This document shows, one piece after another, positions 1 to 12,328 of a stretch of DNA of 64,000 bases. Location: the NCBI GenBank assembly GCA_965198225.1, contig CBDAOY010000005.1, forward strand, positions 256,001-320,000, in the 5' to 3' direction. Under the pieces are notes generated by a model that worked only from the letters and a program-made list of their open reading frames with translations, ran no database searches and had not been told where the DNA came from. Numbering within the stretch: the first letter of the stretch is position 1; each line of letters begins with the position of its first letter. The stretch comes from Terriglobia bacterium. Lineage in GTDB: Bacteria > Acidobacteriota > Terriglobia > 20CM-2-55-15. Position numbers and translations under genes: made by a program.

Positions 1-1304
1 TCCATGCTTTCACCACCGACCCATGCGCCCTGATCGACGGGAATCCGTTCGTTTCCGATACGCCGAAATATTGCCGCATCAGGCTTGAGCGAGAGTTCGT
101 GGATCTCGGGTCCCATACGAACCTTGAACGTTTGGCCGTCCCAGGCAATCAGTCTGGCACTCTGCCACTCGAAAGCGTTCTTCTTGAGGATCAGGCGCAG
201 CAGGACATCCCGCACGGCGTCGCCTCCGGCGGGCGACAGGATTCCCTGCTCCTGCAGAAACTCCAGGTCGGACTCGGTGGGTATGTTGGGGAAGAATCGA
301 GTGCGGATGAACTGGGCCAGGACGTCGGGTTCGGCTGACGGAGGCTCACCGATGGGGTCGAGGCCGAGAAACTGCCCGGCATCGTCAAAGCCGCCGACAC
401 CGGCCACACCGAGCAAGCCTTCGTCCCAACTGGAATACTCCGCCGTGGATGAAAACGGCTGCGGCTCCGGATGGCGGTAGTGACAAATGGTTGAAACCAG
501 GTACGGCAGCGTCTGCTGAAAAACGTTCTCGACGTTTTCGGTCCTACCCCCGCACGTGGAACTGTACAGCGCGTTGATGGGTTCGCCCTCGTAGGTCGCG
601 ATGATTCCCCGAGTCTCCTCCACGGCCTGTGTCGCCAGTGGATGCTCGGTGTCCAGACCCTGGTAGACCTGACAGAAATCCGTGGCGCAAATGTCGAAGT
701 TCTCACCCTCGAACTGGCCCAGGTTCCGTACGATGTAAGTCCTGGCCGCCACGGCCTGAGCCTTCAGCGCTTCCATCTCGGGGAAAGCGTCCGGAGCCAG
801 TTCGTTCGGAACGACGCCCAGGAGGTAGTCCTCGAGCGGCAGCTCGTTCACCACTGTCATCGACGCCCTTGAATTCCCGAACACCTCGATGTCTCCGCGA
901 TAGGTCCGGCCCTCAACCTCGAGAGGAACCCCACCCGCCGGCCTGGCCCGCACCCTCGAATCCAGCGCGCGGATCATAATCGTTTCGGGGTTGAGCTCGA
1001 TCGCCATCCGAGGGTGGAGATCGGCCCTGGAGTAGGTGCCTTCGGCGGCGTCCAGCGTGATCACGATCGAGAACTTGGCAGAGCGGGTCCGGACGCCTTC
1101 GAGCTCGAATGGCTCCGCCGAACGCAGCATAAAATCGCTGATGTTCTGCTGGATCCCGATCCGAACGACCGGCTCATCCGGCAAGGACACCTGTGACAGC
1201 AGAAGGAACCCGAACAAGAATCGGGCCCGCGCAAACTGCGGCCACAGTCGGCCTACGATCCCTCCGTGCCTTCGGGCCTCTGTGGTAATGATCCTGCTCC
1301 TCAT
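1..1304 (-). CDS. SpoIID/LytB domain protein (3' end runs off the window)
   Basis: Not in the ORF track. The minus strand translates NFDICATDFCQVYQGLDTEHP...YEGEPINALYSSTCGGRTENVENVF, which are SpoIID/LytB motifs. ATG at 1304 overlaps the tonB TGA (ATGA); the true start could be slightly downstream. Confidence 0.8.
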   Translation of the reverse strand, partial: MRSRIITTEARRHGGIVGRLWPQFARARFLFGFLLLSQVSLPDEPVVRIGIQQNISDFMLRSAEPFELEGVRTRSAKFSIVITLDAAEGTYSRADLHPRMAIELNPETIMIRALDSRVRARPAGGVPLEVEGRTYRGDIEVFGNSRASMTVVNELPLEDYLLGVVPNELAPDAFPEMEALKAQAVAARTYIVRNLGQFEGENFDICATDFCQVYQGLDTEHPLATQAVEETRGIIATYEGEPINALYSSTCGGRTENVENVFQQTLPYLVSTICHYRHPEPQPFSSTAEYSSWDEGLLGVAGVGGFDDAGQFLGLDPIGEPPSAEPDVLAQFIRTRFFPNIPTESDLEFLQEQGILSPAGGDAVRDVLLRLILKKNAFEWQSARLIAWDGQTFKVRMGPEIHELSLKPDAAIFRRIGNERIPVDQGAWVGGESM

Positions 1305-2833
1305 CGCATGTTGTACATGAACGTAAACTGCAGGACGATGTGATCGCTGTCGAAATCGCTGGGTAGCGGGGGAAACGGATTTGAGGCCTGAATCGCTGCC
1401 GCCGCCGATCGGTCGAGCGGATCGGCGCCGGACTGCGCCACGATACGCATGTCATCGACTCCGCCCCTCTTGAGGATCGTGAAGATGATAACGACACGGC
1501 CTCGGCGCCCCAGGCGCGCCGTTTCGGGGATCAGCGAGTACCAGTTGACCCGGACACGGTTGATGACCTGATTCATGTACGGGCCGAAATCATACCCGCG
1601 TGTGTCGGAGAGGATCGTTGGGTCTTCAGTCGAAAAGTTCGGTAGTTCCTGCACGCCCTGCTGCGTACCAGGGCGTCGGCCCGAAGCCGACTCCTGCCTG
1701 CGCCGATCTATTTGCTCGTCGATGATGCTCTCGGCGCGTCTTCGAAAGTCAGGCAGCGGGAGCGCCCGAGGGTTCGTGTTCTCTGCCAGGGGGGCGGCCT
1801 CCTCGGCGGCCTCTTCTTCCGGCTCCGCTTCGACATCCTCGCCGCCCTCGCCTACCTCCTCCGGCTCCCCGGCCTCTCCGATTTCCTCGATCGCAAAATT
1901 GCCGGCGCCATTCTCAGTCACCTCGGGGGGCTCCAGTGTGTCCCCTTCAGAGGCGGCAGGGTCGGCATCCGGCTGCGCCCCCTCTGCGATAACGTCGTCG
2001 GGACCGATCATTGGCGGTGGAGGAAGCTCCGGCGGTGGAGGCGGTTCGGGTTCGGGCGGTGGAGTCGGTTCCGGTTCCGGCGGAGGCGGTCCTGGAACAG
2101 GAGGCGCCTCCTCAGGCAAAGGAACGGCGATCGCGGGGGGGAGGTTCTCGGCAATCTGAGGCGGCGGCTCAGGAGCCGGTACGAGCTCCGGCGGCAACAC
2201 CAAGTCCCGGAGGATGAAGCGGTCCTGGTCGAAATCCTGACCCGCGATCCGGATGACGCGACGGGGTTGACTCCTCAAAAAGTCCGGGTTCAGGCCGAAG
2301 AAAACCACGATCAAGATCAGTGCCAGCACGCCGGCAGGGCGGTGCAACCTGCGGATCGACCACAGGGGTTTAACCTCGACGGGCTCGGCCGTTGTTTCGA
2401 CCGTGATCGGATGGAGAGAGTCATCGATCATCGCCCGTACCTGACGCACGATGGAAACCAGGACCGAACGCGGCTCGATCAGATTGTCGAGCGCGCCCGG
2501 ATCCGGAATGGCCGTGATCTCGGCTCGCGGGGGAGGATTCCGAAATTCCGCGAACAACTCCAGGAATTGACGACGGATCGAACTGAACGGAGAGGGAGCC
2601 TCCACCATCCGGGCCAGCGCTTCCGGATCGCTCGCGGCAGTTGTTTCAACGGGTTCTGGGGGGTTCCGACGCTCGTCGAGCAGCTCTCGAATCTGTCGGC
2701 GAAGCGAAGAAAACCACCCTTCCCGGGCAACTTCGTGAAGGGTGAAGATGCCCGGATCCCTGCCAGGTTCCGCAGGCCGGCCCCTGCCGGCTTCGGCAGG
2801 CCGTCGCTCCGTCGGTTGGTTTTCGAGTGACAT
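1301..2833 (-). CDS. TonB family energy transducer (Pro-rich linker, TonB C-terminal domain)
   Basis: Single TM segment, PEPPPP linker and C-terminal FGPYMNQVINRVRVNW...SG...LDRSAAAAIQASNPFPPLP. Confidence 0.8.
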   Translation of the reverse strand: MSLENQPTERRPAEAGRGRPAEPGRDPGIFTLHEVAREGWFSSLRRQIRELLDERRNPPEPVETTAASDPEALARMVEAPSPFSSIRRQFLELFAEFRNPPPRAEITAIPDPGALDNLIEPRSVLVSIVRQVRAMIDDSLHPITVETTAEPVEVKPLWSIRRLHRPAGVLALILIVVFFGLNPDFLRSQPRRVIRIAGQDFDQDRFILRDLVLPPELVPAPEPPPQIAENLPPAIAVPLPEEAPPVPGPPPPEPEPTPPPEPEPPPPPELPPPPMIGPDDVIAEGAQPDADPAASEGDTLEPPEVTENGAGNFAIEEIGEAGEPEEVGEGGEDVEAEPEEEAAEEAAPLAENTNPRALPLPDFRRRAESIIDEQIDRRRQESASGRRPGTQQGVQELPNFSTEDPTILSDTRGYDFGPYMNQVINRVRVNWYSLIPETARLGRRGRVVIIFTILKRGGVDDMRIVAQSGADPLDRSAAAAIQASNPFPPLPSDFDSDHIVLQFTFMYNMR

Positions 2834-2866
2834 CCCTCTAAAACAGTTTAGCCCGTCGTCCGTCCT

Positions 2867-3814
2867 TCAAGATACTGATCTCTGTGAGATGCTGCGCGCC
2901 TCCAGCCTCCGGCCAATCTCATCGTTGACCGAAACCGCCACGGCGAGCGCCGCGAGACCCGCTTCGCCGGTGACTCTTGGCGATTCGCGGTTGCGAACAC
3001 AGGCGGCGAAGCTTTCCAGTTGCAGCTTCAGCGGCTCCTCGTGAGCCGGTTCGAGCCGGCGCTCGTGAATTCTTCCGCTTTGGAGCGAGAGAACATGCCC
3101 CTGTTGGGCGGAAAAGTCGAGGGAAACGTAATCGTGTGGTTGGAAAAAACGCAGCTTGCGTACCTTGTCGGTACTGACACGGCTCGCGGTCAGGTTTGCA
3201 ACGCATCCGTCTTGGAATTCGATTCGGGCGTTGGCGATGTCGGCCTTCTCGGAGAGGACCGGAATCCCGACGGCCCGAATTTCCGACACCTCCGAGTCGA
3301 CCAGACTCAGGACGATGTCGATGTCGTGGATCATCAGATCCAGCACGACATCGATGTCGAGACTCCTCATCGAAAACACGCTCAGGCGATGGACCTCGAA
3401 AAACTGGGGCCGGGTAGCGAGTCCCTGTGCTGCGAGGACCACTGGATTAAACCTCTCGACGTGCCCAACCTGAAGGATCCTGTCGTTTTCGCGCGCACAA
3501 TCGATCAGCGATCGGGCTTCGCTGATGTTCGGCGCGATCGGTTTCTCCACAAGCAGATCGATCCCGCGGGTGAGACACTCACGACCGATGGTCGCATGCT
3601 CCTCGGTCGGAACCGCGAGGCTGAGGGCGTCGACGTCGGCGAGTAGATCCCGAAAGTTCTGCACGGCCCGGCCGCCGCAGTCGGCGGCGGCGCGTTCAGC
3701 CCTTTCGACCACGATGTCGGCAACTCCGACCAGCTCGACGCCATCCAACCCGGAATATATCCGAGCGTGATGCTGGCCGAGATGCCCGACTCCGATGACA
3801 CCGACTTTCAACAT
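2867..3814 (-). CDS. Gfo/Idh/MocA oxidoreductase, GnnA-like
   Basis: GVGHLG, EKP, GHVERFNP and DLMIHDID motifs; directly after lpxA-lpxI. Confidence 0.8.
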   Translation of the reverse strand: MLKVGVIGVGHLGQHHARIYSGLDGVELVGVADIVVERAERAAADCGGRAVQNFRDLLADVDALSLAVPTEEHATIGRECLTRGIDLLVEKPIAPNISEARSLIDCARENDRILQVGHVERFNPVVLAAQGLATRPQFFEVHRLSVFSMRSLDIDVVLDLMIHDIDIVLSLVDSEVSEIRAVGIPVLSEKADIANARIEFQDGCVANLTASRVSTDKVRKLRFFQPHDYVSLDFSAQQGHVLSLQSGRIHERRLEPAHEEPLKLQLESFAACVRNRESPRVTGEAGLAALAVAVSVNDEIGRRLEARSISQRSVS

Positions 3815-3851
3815 GGCAACAATTCGCTAATGTCCAAGAAACCGCTATCAG

Positions 3852-3918
3852 GTGTAGGTGCCGTCTATGACCGCACATCCAGACCGAAACAATGTGCGCT
3901 CATAGAGCGCACCTACAC
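3852..3918. repeat. GTAG-type REP doublet (family C, copy 1)
   Basis: gtgtaggtgccgtctatgaccgcac...gtgcgctcatagagcgcacctacac inverted pair. Confidence 0.8.
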
Positions 3919-3935
3919 TCCATCCTCCGTATCGG

Positions 3936-4751
3936 TCATTCGACTGCAACGATGGCGATTTGATTCTCGTCCGCTTTCCGTATGAAATCGTCGCGGTCGA
4001 TCATCAAGGTCCTTCGGGCTTCGATCGCCACGGCGGTCACGCGATGGCGGACCAGCGCGTCGATCGTTTCCGGGCCGACGACGGGCACGTCGAATCGAGG
4101 GTCCTGGTTCGGCTTGGCCAGTTTGACCAGTCTCAGGTCCCGACCGTTGACCAGAGAGGCCGCCCGTTCCACGATCGCGTCGGTCCCCTCCATCGCCTCC
4201 AATGCAACGCAGGCGCCGTCGCTGACGACCACAGACTGCCCAAGGTCCAGACGGCCCAACTCCCGGGCAATCCGGCAGCCGTAGTCCAGGTCCCGTTGCT
4301 CGTCGTCGGTCGGCTTGCGCCCGGTCAGCAGACCGGGAGCGGGCAGCAGCGGTCCGAGGAACGCCGTGGAATCCATCAACTCGATTCCCTCATCCTCCAG
4401 AACCCGGGCGACACCGCCGATCAAGGAATCGGTCGACTTGGTAGCCAGGCCGGCAAGCATCTGGAGCATCTTCAAGTCCGGAACGATGCCGCTGAAAATC
4501 TGCTTGTGCTTGACCTGCCCGGCCATGACCGCACGATTGACACCTTCGCTCTTGAACGTCTTGATCAGCTTCCCCAATTGTCCCAGCGACACCCAGTGAA
4601 CCGTGTCGGCTTCCTTCTCGATTTCGGGGAACGTTTCCTCCTTGATCGCGGCAACGACCATTTCGATACCCTGGCTCCGGGCTGCCTCCAGGACAAGGAA
4701 GGGGAACCTGCCGTTCCCGGCGATCAGACCGAATCTACTTGATGATCCCAC
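3936..4751 (-). CDS. lpxI: UDP-2,3-diacylglucosamine diphosphatase LpxI
   Basis: GLIAGNGRFP, LDLGQSVVV, EAMEGTD and KPNQDPRFDVPVVG motifs; follows lpxA. Confidence 0.9.
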   Translation of the reverse strand: MGSSSRFGLIAGNGRFPFLVLEAARSQGIEMVVAAIKEETFPEIEKEADTVHWVSLGQLGKLIKTFKSEGVNRAVMAGQVKHKQIFSGIVPDLKMLQMLAGLATKSTDSLIGGVARVLEDEGIELMDSTAFLGPLLPAPGLLTGRKPTDDEQRDLDYGCRIARELGRLDLGQSVVVSDGACVALEAMEGTDAIVERAASLVNGRDLRLVKLAKPNQDPRFDVPVVGPETIDALVRHRVTAVAIEARRTLMIDRDDFIRKADENQIAIVAVE

Positions 4752-5520
4752 GGGGCGAGCTCTCGATGAATTCGATGATCGTCTGCGCCTCGACTCCCTC
4801 GACCTGCTCGCGGATCGCCTCCACCGCCTGCGAAGTGTTGAGCTTGGACTGTAGCAGCAGCCGGAAAGCCTTCTTGACGTTCGCGATCTGTTCGGATGAA
4901 AAGCCCCGGCGTTCCAACCCGAGCGTGTTGGCGCCGTAGGCTTTGGTGTCTCGAGGAGTCACGGTCTTCGAGTACGGAAGGACATCTTTGGTCACGACCG
5001 AATAGCCGCCGATCCAACCGTGGGTGCCGACGCGACAGAACGGGTGAACTCCGGAAAACGCGCCGACCGTCCCGTAGTCCTCGATGACGACGTGGCCGCC
5101 CAGGGTGGCCGCATTCGCCATCATGACGTGGTCACCCAGTATGCAGTCATGGGCGACGTGCGCATTGACCAGGAAATAACAGTCGTTGCCGATGCGCGTC
5201 TCGCCGCCGCCGGCAGTCCCCCTGTTGACGTTCACGTACTCGCGGAAGACATTGTTCGCACCGATAACCAGGGGTGTGGACTCGCCGGCGAACTTGAGGT
5301 CCTGGGGCGGCGATCCGATCGTGCAGAAGGGGAAGAACCGATTGTTGTCCCCGATTGTCGTCGGGCCTTCGACGACTACATGAGACTCGAAATGGCAGCC
5401 CGCACCGATCCGAACGTCCTCCCCGATCGTGCAGTAGGGCCCGATGTAGACATCGGAGGCAATCTTAGCGTTGCTGCTCACCAGGGCCGTCTCATGAATT
5501 GTGCAACTACTCGTCGACAC
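4735..5520 (-). CDS. lpxA: UDP-N-acetylglucosamine acyltransferase LpxA
   Basis: Hexapeptide repeats, PQDLKF, HVAHDC, GLERRGFS. Confidence 0.95.
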   Translation of the reverse strand: MSTSSCTIHETALVSSNAKIASDVYIGPYCTIGEDVRIGAGCHFESHVVVEGPTTIGDNNRFFPFCTIGSPPQDLKFAGESTPLVIGANNVFREYVNVNRGTAGGGETRIGNDCYFLVNAHVAHDCILGDHVMMANAATLGGHVVIEDYGTVGAFSGVHPFCRVGTHGWIGGYSVVTKDVLPYSKTVTPRDTKAYGANTLGLERRGFSSEQIANVKKAFRLLLQSKLNTSQAVEAIREQVEGVEAQTIIEFIESSPRGIIK

Positions 5521-5543
5521 TGTCTGTATCCCTGGTCTCGACC

Positions 5544-5597
5544 GGCGCGCGAAGCGCGCCCAACGGCCTACGGCCTACGGATAACGGACTCACGGCC
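5544..5597. repeat. GC hairpin plus degenerate 7-mer tandem (acggcct)
   Basis: ggcgcgc-gaa-gcgcgcc followed by acggcct acggcct acggata acggact cacggcct. Confidence 0.5.
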
Positions 5598-6027
5598 TCT
5601 TCCCGATTGACGACAGCAAGGTCGCTTCCGCGGCCAGCTCGTCGCCCACGTGGACCTCCCCCCGCATCTTCCAGATGGTTGCCTTGCGTCGAAGGATCTC
5701 GACTACGATTCGCAGTTGATCGCCGGGCACGATCGGGCGTCTGAACTTCGCAGCATCGATACCCATGAAGTAAACAAGCGCGTTTTCCAGGTCGGGTTCA
5801 TCGAGGAGTCCGAGGATCGCACCGGTCTGGGCCATGGACTCGATCGTCAGAACGCCCGGCATGACCGGGGCGCCGGGAAAGTGCCCGGCAAAGAACGGTT
5901 CGTTGATCGTGACGTTCTTGATGCCGACGATCCGACTGTCACGTTCGACCTCGACGACGCGGTCCACGAGAAGGAACGGGTAGCGATGCGGAAGGATCCG
6001 CATGATCTCCGCGATACGCAGGTCCAA
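5590..6027 (-). CDS. fabZ: 3-hydroxyacyl-ACP dehydratase FabZ
   Basis: [13 protein letters not shown] and [13 protein letters not shown] motifs. Confidence 0.95.
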   Translation of the reverse strand: MDLRIAEIMRILPHRYPFLLVDRVVEVERDSRIVGIKNVTINEPFFAGHFPGAPVMPGVLTIESMAQTGAILGLLDEPDLENALVYFMGIDAAKFRRPIVPGDQLRIVVEILRRKATIWKMRGEVHVGDELAAEATLLSSIGKRP

Positions 6028-6063
6028 AGAGCCTCCTAACGCGCGTGCCAGTCAACTCGGGCT

Positions 6064-6624
6064 TCAGGGCTGCGGCTTTGGGCCAGGTTCGCTGGGCTCA
6101 CCAGTTTCAGCTGCATCCAACCGCCGTATGATTTCAGTGGTGATGTCGGCGACTTCTTCCACGAAAACGATGCCGGACTGAGGACTGGAGGCGTCCAGGA
6201 TGAGCGTGTACCCTTGTTCGCGAGCGTACTCTTCAAGCGCGGCGCCGGCAGCGTCGACGACAGGAGCAATCAGTTCCTGCTGTTTCGCCTGCAGCTCCAA
6301 TTCCGCGTCCTCCTGGTTTCGTGTCAACTGTGTCGTCTTGGTCTGGATATCCCTGTTCAGCTCCGCCAAAGCCGACTGCGACAGGGCTCGCTCCTGCGTC
6401 TGGAGCCGTTCCTGCAGGCCATTCAGCTCGTTCTGGAGTGCTTCGAGCAGACCACGACGCTCGTCGAAGAAGATCTGGATTTGCTCGGAAGCTCTCACTC
6501 CGCTGGCGCAGTCGCGCACGACTCTTCCGATGTCGATGACGCCCACCTTCGAGCCAACTTGTGCCGCCAGCGAGGTCGGCAGCAGCAGCGTGAGCGCTAT
6601 TAGCTTTAGGTACCTCATTTTCAT
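6064..6624 (-). CDS. skp: OmpH/Skp periplasmic chaperone
   Basis: Signal peptide, KVGVID, coiled coil and DITTEII; downstream of bamA. Confidence 0.85.
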   Translation of the reverse strand: MKMRYLKLIALTLLLPTSLAAQVGSKVGVIDIGRVVRDCASGVRASEQIQIFFDERRGLLEALQNELNGLQERLQTQERALSQSALAELNRDIQTKTTQLTRNQEDAELELQAKQQELIAPVVDAAGAALEEYAREQGYTLILDASSPQSGIVFVEEVADITTEIIRRLDAAETGEPSEPGPKPQP

Positions 6625-6669
6625 TTTTTATTCTTTCTCTCCAGGTCTGTGTCAGCTCGGCGCCGACCT

Positions 6670-9327
6670 CTAGAAAGTCCTTCCAACGGTGAATTTTATC
6701 GTGCGCAGATCCTCCCTCAGGAAGAACGGAGTTCCCTGATTCGGGCCCAAGTACGCGCGATTGATACGCAGGGGATTGTAGGCAAAAATCAAGCGGAAAG
6801 GCGCGTTGATGACCGGCATGATCACCTGTATTTCCGCACCCGTGCTCACGCGAACACCGGAATTCGTTCCCGGCAGGAACTGCACGGGCTTGAATGTGAT
6901 GTTTCCGTCGGCATCGACGATCTGCCGCCGCAGTTGGTCTTTGTCGGTGACCCAGGAATTCCCGACGTCGATGAACGGGGCGAGATTGATCGGCCCCACG
7001 ATGGGAATCCGGTATTCGAGGTTTGCGACCGCGGAGGTATCGCCACCGACCCAGGCGATGTCATCCACGGCGAACGGCTGGCCCGTCAACGAGTCCGTCA
7101 GTTCCCGATCTACAAAAGCAATCGGGCTGATCGACCGAAACTCGAAACCCCGGATGTCGAAGTCTCCACCCATGAAGAACCGTTCGAAGAACGGGGCACT
7201 CGTGCTGGAGAACCCCTTCAGGTACGACGTCTGCAGCCGAAACGCCAGGACATTCCGGCCGTAGTAGTCCGGCTTGAAGAGGTTCATCGACCTGAAGAAT
7301 TGAAACTCCATGATCGGCCGGATGAAGTTGACGTTACCGCCCAACGGACCGCCAGTGAATTCGAATGAACCCGTCAGACTTTGCCCGTGGGTCGGGGTCA
7401 TCGGGTTGTTCACCGTGTTGTAGGTGTAGGTCGGTATGATCGAGCGGGTTCTGAAATTGCTGAAGCTGCCGCTGGTAATCAGCCGCTCTTCCTCGGACTG
7501 CTTGACGTTGTCGAAGAAGGCCGAGGTCGCCGGGTTCACCGCGGAGGTCTCGGAATTGTCGAACTGGAACGTCATCCCGAGGCGCTGAAACACGCGGAAG
7601 GGGTAGCTGGCGAACACGTTGAAACCCCGACGGCTCTGCTCGTAATTCAACCGGTTTTCGAAGCCGAGCCCTTGGGGCAAGTCGTCCGGATTCAGGCCGA
7701 AGATGTCACGAGCCTGGTCGAACCGGTACTCGCTCCTGAATACGGAAAAGCCCGTAGAGATCGGTCGGTCCAGCAGGTACGGTTCGTTGAAACTGAAGAT
7801 CAAGTTGGACTGCCGCGTACCGCCCTGGATGTTGAACGACAGCGTCTCACCGAAACCGAGGAAGTTGTTCGTGGAGTAGTTCAACCCGAGGAAGCTTCCG
7901 CCGATGCCGCTGACACCCCCGTTGAAACCGATCGATTGCCGGCCTTTCTCATCCACGGTCAAAGTGATGTCCACCTCGGGCAGGGTCGGGTTGGGCCGAA
8001 TGTCGGCCGACTCTTCGGTGACTTCCTCGAAATACCCCAGCTGGTTGAGTCGCAGCAGGCTCATGTCCCACAGTTGGGAGTTGAAGATACTGCCTTCCTG
8101 CAGCATGACTTCGCGCCGAATCACCTTGTCCCGGGTCGTCGTGTTGCCGCGGAAATTGATCCGCTTCACGAAGAACTGGCGGTCTTCGTCGATGTCGATC
8201 GTCAAGTTCACGATCTCGTTCTGGTCGTCGAAATCGTGGAGGGGAACCGGCGTCGCATTGATGAAACCGCGGGCCCCGTACAGCTTCGTGAGGCTCTCAA
8301 AGCCTTCGCGAAGCATGGTTTCGTTGTAGACCTGGCCCGGGATCAAACCGAGTACGGCAAGGACCTGCAGGTCGGTGAACTCAGTATTGCCTGTGACCTG
8401 AACGTCACCGATCCGGTACTGCTCATTCTCTTCGACCTGAATCGTGATGAAGAAGCGATCGAGTTCCTTCTTCCAGAACGGAATCGGAATGCCCCACGGA
8501 ACCGGCAGCTTGATGAACGGCAGGGTCCGGTAGACCTTGTGCGGCCGGACCTCGATTTGCGGCTCGAGGACGTTGGCCCGGACGTATCCGTTCTCGGCGT
8601 ACATCATGCGAATCCGCGTGATGTCGTCGCCCATCTTCAGCTCGTGGTAGACATCCTTGCTCGTAAAGGGCGTGATTGGGCCTGCCTCCTTGAGCAACTG
8701 CATCGCTCCCTTGATCTTCCCATCCGAAAAAACCTCGTTGCCGATGATCTCGATATTCTCGATCTTGATCTTCGGTCCCTCATCGATGACGAAGGCAACG
8801 CCGATCGCGTTGGGAGGAATGTCGTAGGTTTCAACTTCGATCGTGGCGTTCTGGCGGCCCTTCTCGGCCAGCAGATCCAGCAGCACTACCTCGGCGCGCT
8901 TGACGCGCGTAGGGTCATAGGGCGACTCGATACTCAGACCGACCTTTCTCTCACGGAGGCGCTCCAGGATGTCGGACAACGTCACCGACTTGTGGTTCTC
9001 ATAGTCGATGGCCCGGATGAGGGGCTTTTCATCCACCCTGAAGATGATGATCTTGCCCCGGTCGCCTTCTTCCTCTTCCACAACGATGTCGTCGAAGTAG
9101 CCCAGGGCATAGAGCGCCTTGATGTCCCGCTGGAGGACAACGGTATTCACGACATCACCCGCCTTGGTCTGGAGGTTGTACTTGATCGTGTCGGAAGGGA
9201 TTCTGCGGTTCCCGAACACGTCGACGGCCTCGATCATGTCCGGATTCGGAGTACGCAGAATCTGGGGTTCGGCACCGTTCAAGAACAGCGCCATGAAAAC
9301 GGCAAACAGCTTCATTTCTTCCTCCAA
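6670..9327 (-). CDS. bamA: Outer membrane protein assembly factor BamA
   Basis: POTRA repeats (GNTTTRDKVIRRE), IRGF motif and C-terminal Phe. Confidence 0.95.
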   Translation of the reverse strand: MEEEMKLFAVFMALFLNGAEPQILRTPNPDMIEAVDVFGNRRIPSDTIKYNLQTKAGDVVNTVVLQRDIKALYALGYFDDIVVEEEEGDRGKIIIFRVDEKPLIRAIDYENHKSVTLSDILERLRERKVGLSIESPYDPTRVKRAEVVLLDLLAEKGRQNATIEVETYDIPPNAIGVAFVIDEGPKIKIENIEIIGNEVFSDGKIKGAMQLLKEAGPITPFTSKDVYHELKMGDDITRIRMMYAENGYVRANVLEPQIEVRPHKVYRTLPFIKLPVPWGIPIPFWKKELDRFFITIQVEENEQYRIGDVQVTGNTEFTDLQVLAVLGLIPGQVYNETMLREGFESLTKLYGARGFINATPVPLHDFDDQNEIVNLTIDIDEDRQFFVKRINFRGNTTTRDKVIRREVMLQEGSIFNSQLWDMSLLRLNQLGYFEEVTEESADIRPNPTLPEVDITLTVDEKGRQSIGFNGGVSGIGGSFLGLNYSTNNFLGFGETLSFNIQGGTRQSNLIFSFNEPYLLDRPISTGFSVFRSEYRFDQARDIFGLNPDDLPQGLGFENRLNYEQSRRGFNVFASYPFRVFQRLGMTFQFDNSETSAVNPATSAFFDNVKQSEEERLITSGSFSNFRTRSIIPTYTYNTVNNPMTPTHGQSLTGSFEFTGGPLGGNVNFIRPIMEFQFFRSMNLFKPDYYGRNVLAFRLQTSYLKGFSSTSAPFFERFFMGGDFDIRGFEFRSISPIAFVDRELTDSLTGQPFAVDDIAWVGGDTSAVANLEYRIPIVGPINLAPFIDVGNSWVTDKDQLRRQIVDADGNITFKPVQFLPGTNSGVRVSTGAEIQVIMPVINAPFRLIFAYNPLRINRAYLGPNQGTPFFLREDLRTIKFTVGRTF

Positions 9328-9573
9328 CCTTCAAACAGGAAAAACAATTTTAAATTGTACTACGACCATTCCCGTAAATCCAATGGACAGTGCATCATAA
9401 GTGTCCCGAATGGTCAGGCCTCCGAAGCCGGCAGACTCGTCTGGAAAAGCAACCGGGAATGGGATCGGATTCGACTTCCTCTACCGATAGGTATACTTCG
9501 CCCTGAAGCATTGATTCTTAGACTGTAGCGAGATGTTTTGGTGGGAAAGAAAGAGAGACTTTAGTGACAAGTG

Positions 9574-9645
9574 AGTGTAGGTGCGCTCTATGAGCGCATA
9601 AATGCCCGCAGAATCACGAGTTGTGCGTCATAGACCGCACCTACA

Positions 9646-9647
<2 letters not shown>
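9574..9647. repeat. GTAG-type REP doublet (family C, copy 2)
   Basis: agtgtaggtgcgctctatgagcgca...tgcgtcatagaccgcacctacact; overlaps the clpC stop codon. Confidence 0.8.
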
Positions 9648-12084
<2,437 letters not shown>

Positions 12085-12328
12085 GATCTGATCTCTGCGT
12101 TCAGTCTCGCCCGAAAAGGACGTCTACCTAAGGATTTACCGAGTTTTGACGACTATTTCGATTCTAGCCGAAGCGCACAAGCAGAAACAACAGGCTTTTC
12201 CTGCAACAGGCCGTAGAAACAAGCAAATACGGGCATGTTCCGACAGAGAACCGGGCGTCGATCCACGCGTCGAAGCCCCGAATCAGTCCGCCGGACACAC
12301 GGATCTGAGCCCTACCGGTCGCCTCACC

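Noticed and set aside
2010-2110. GGC/GGT-rich low-complexity tandem
   Set aside because: It encodes the Pro-Glu linker of the TonB protein on the minus strand.
7381-9528. 715-aa plus-strand ORF and similar long antisense ORFs (e.g. 1712-2830, 11257-12216, 46914-48563, 60465-61739)
   Set aside because: These are shadows of well-supported opposite-strand genes caused by GC-rich codon bias; they have no motifs.
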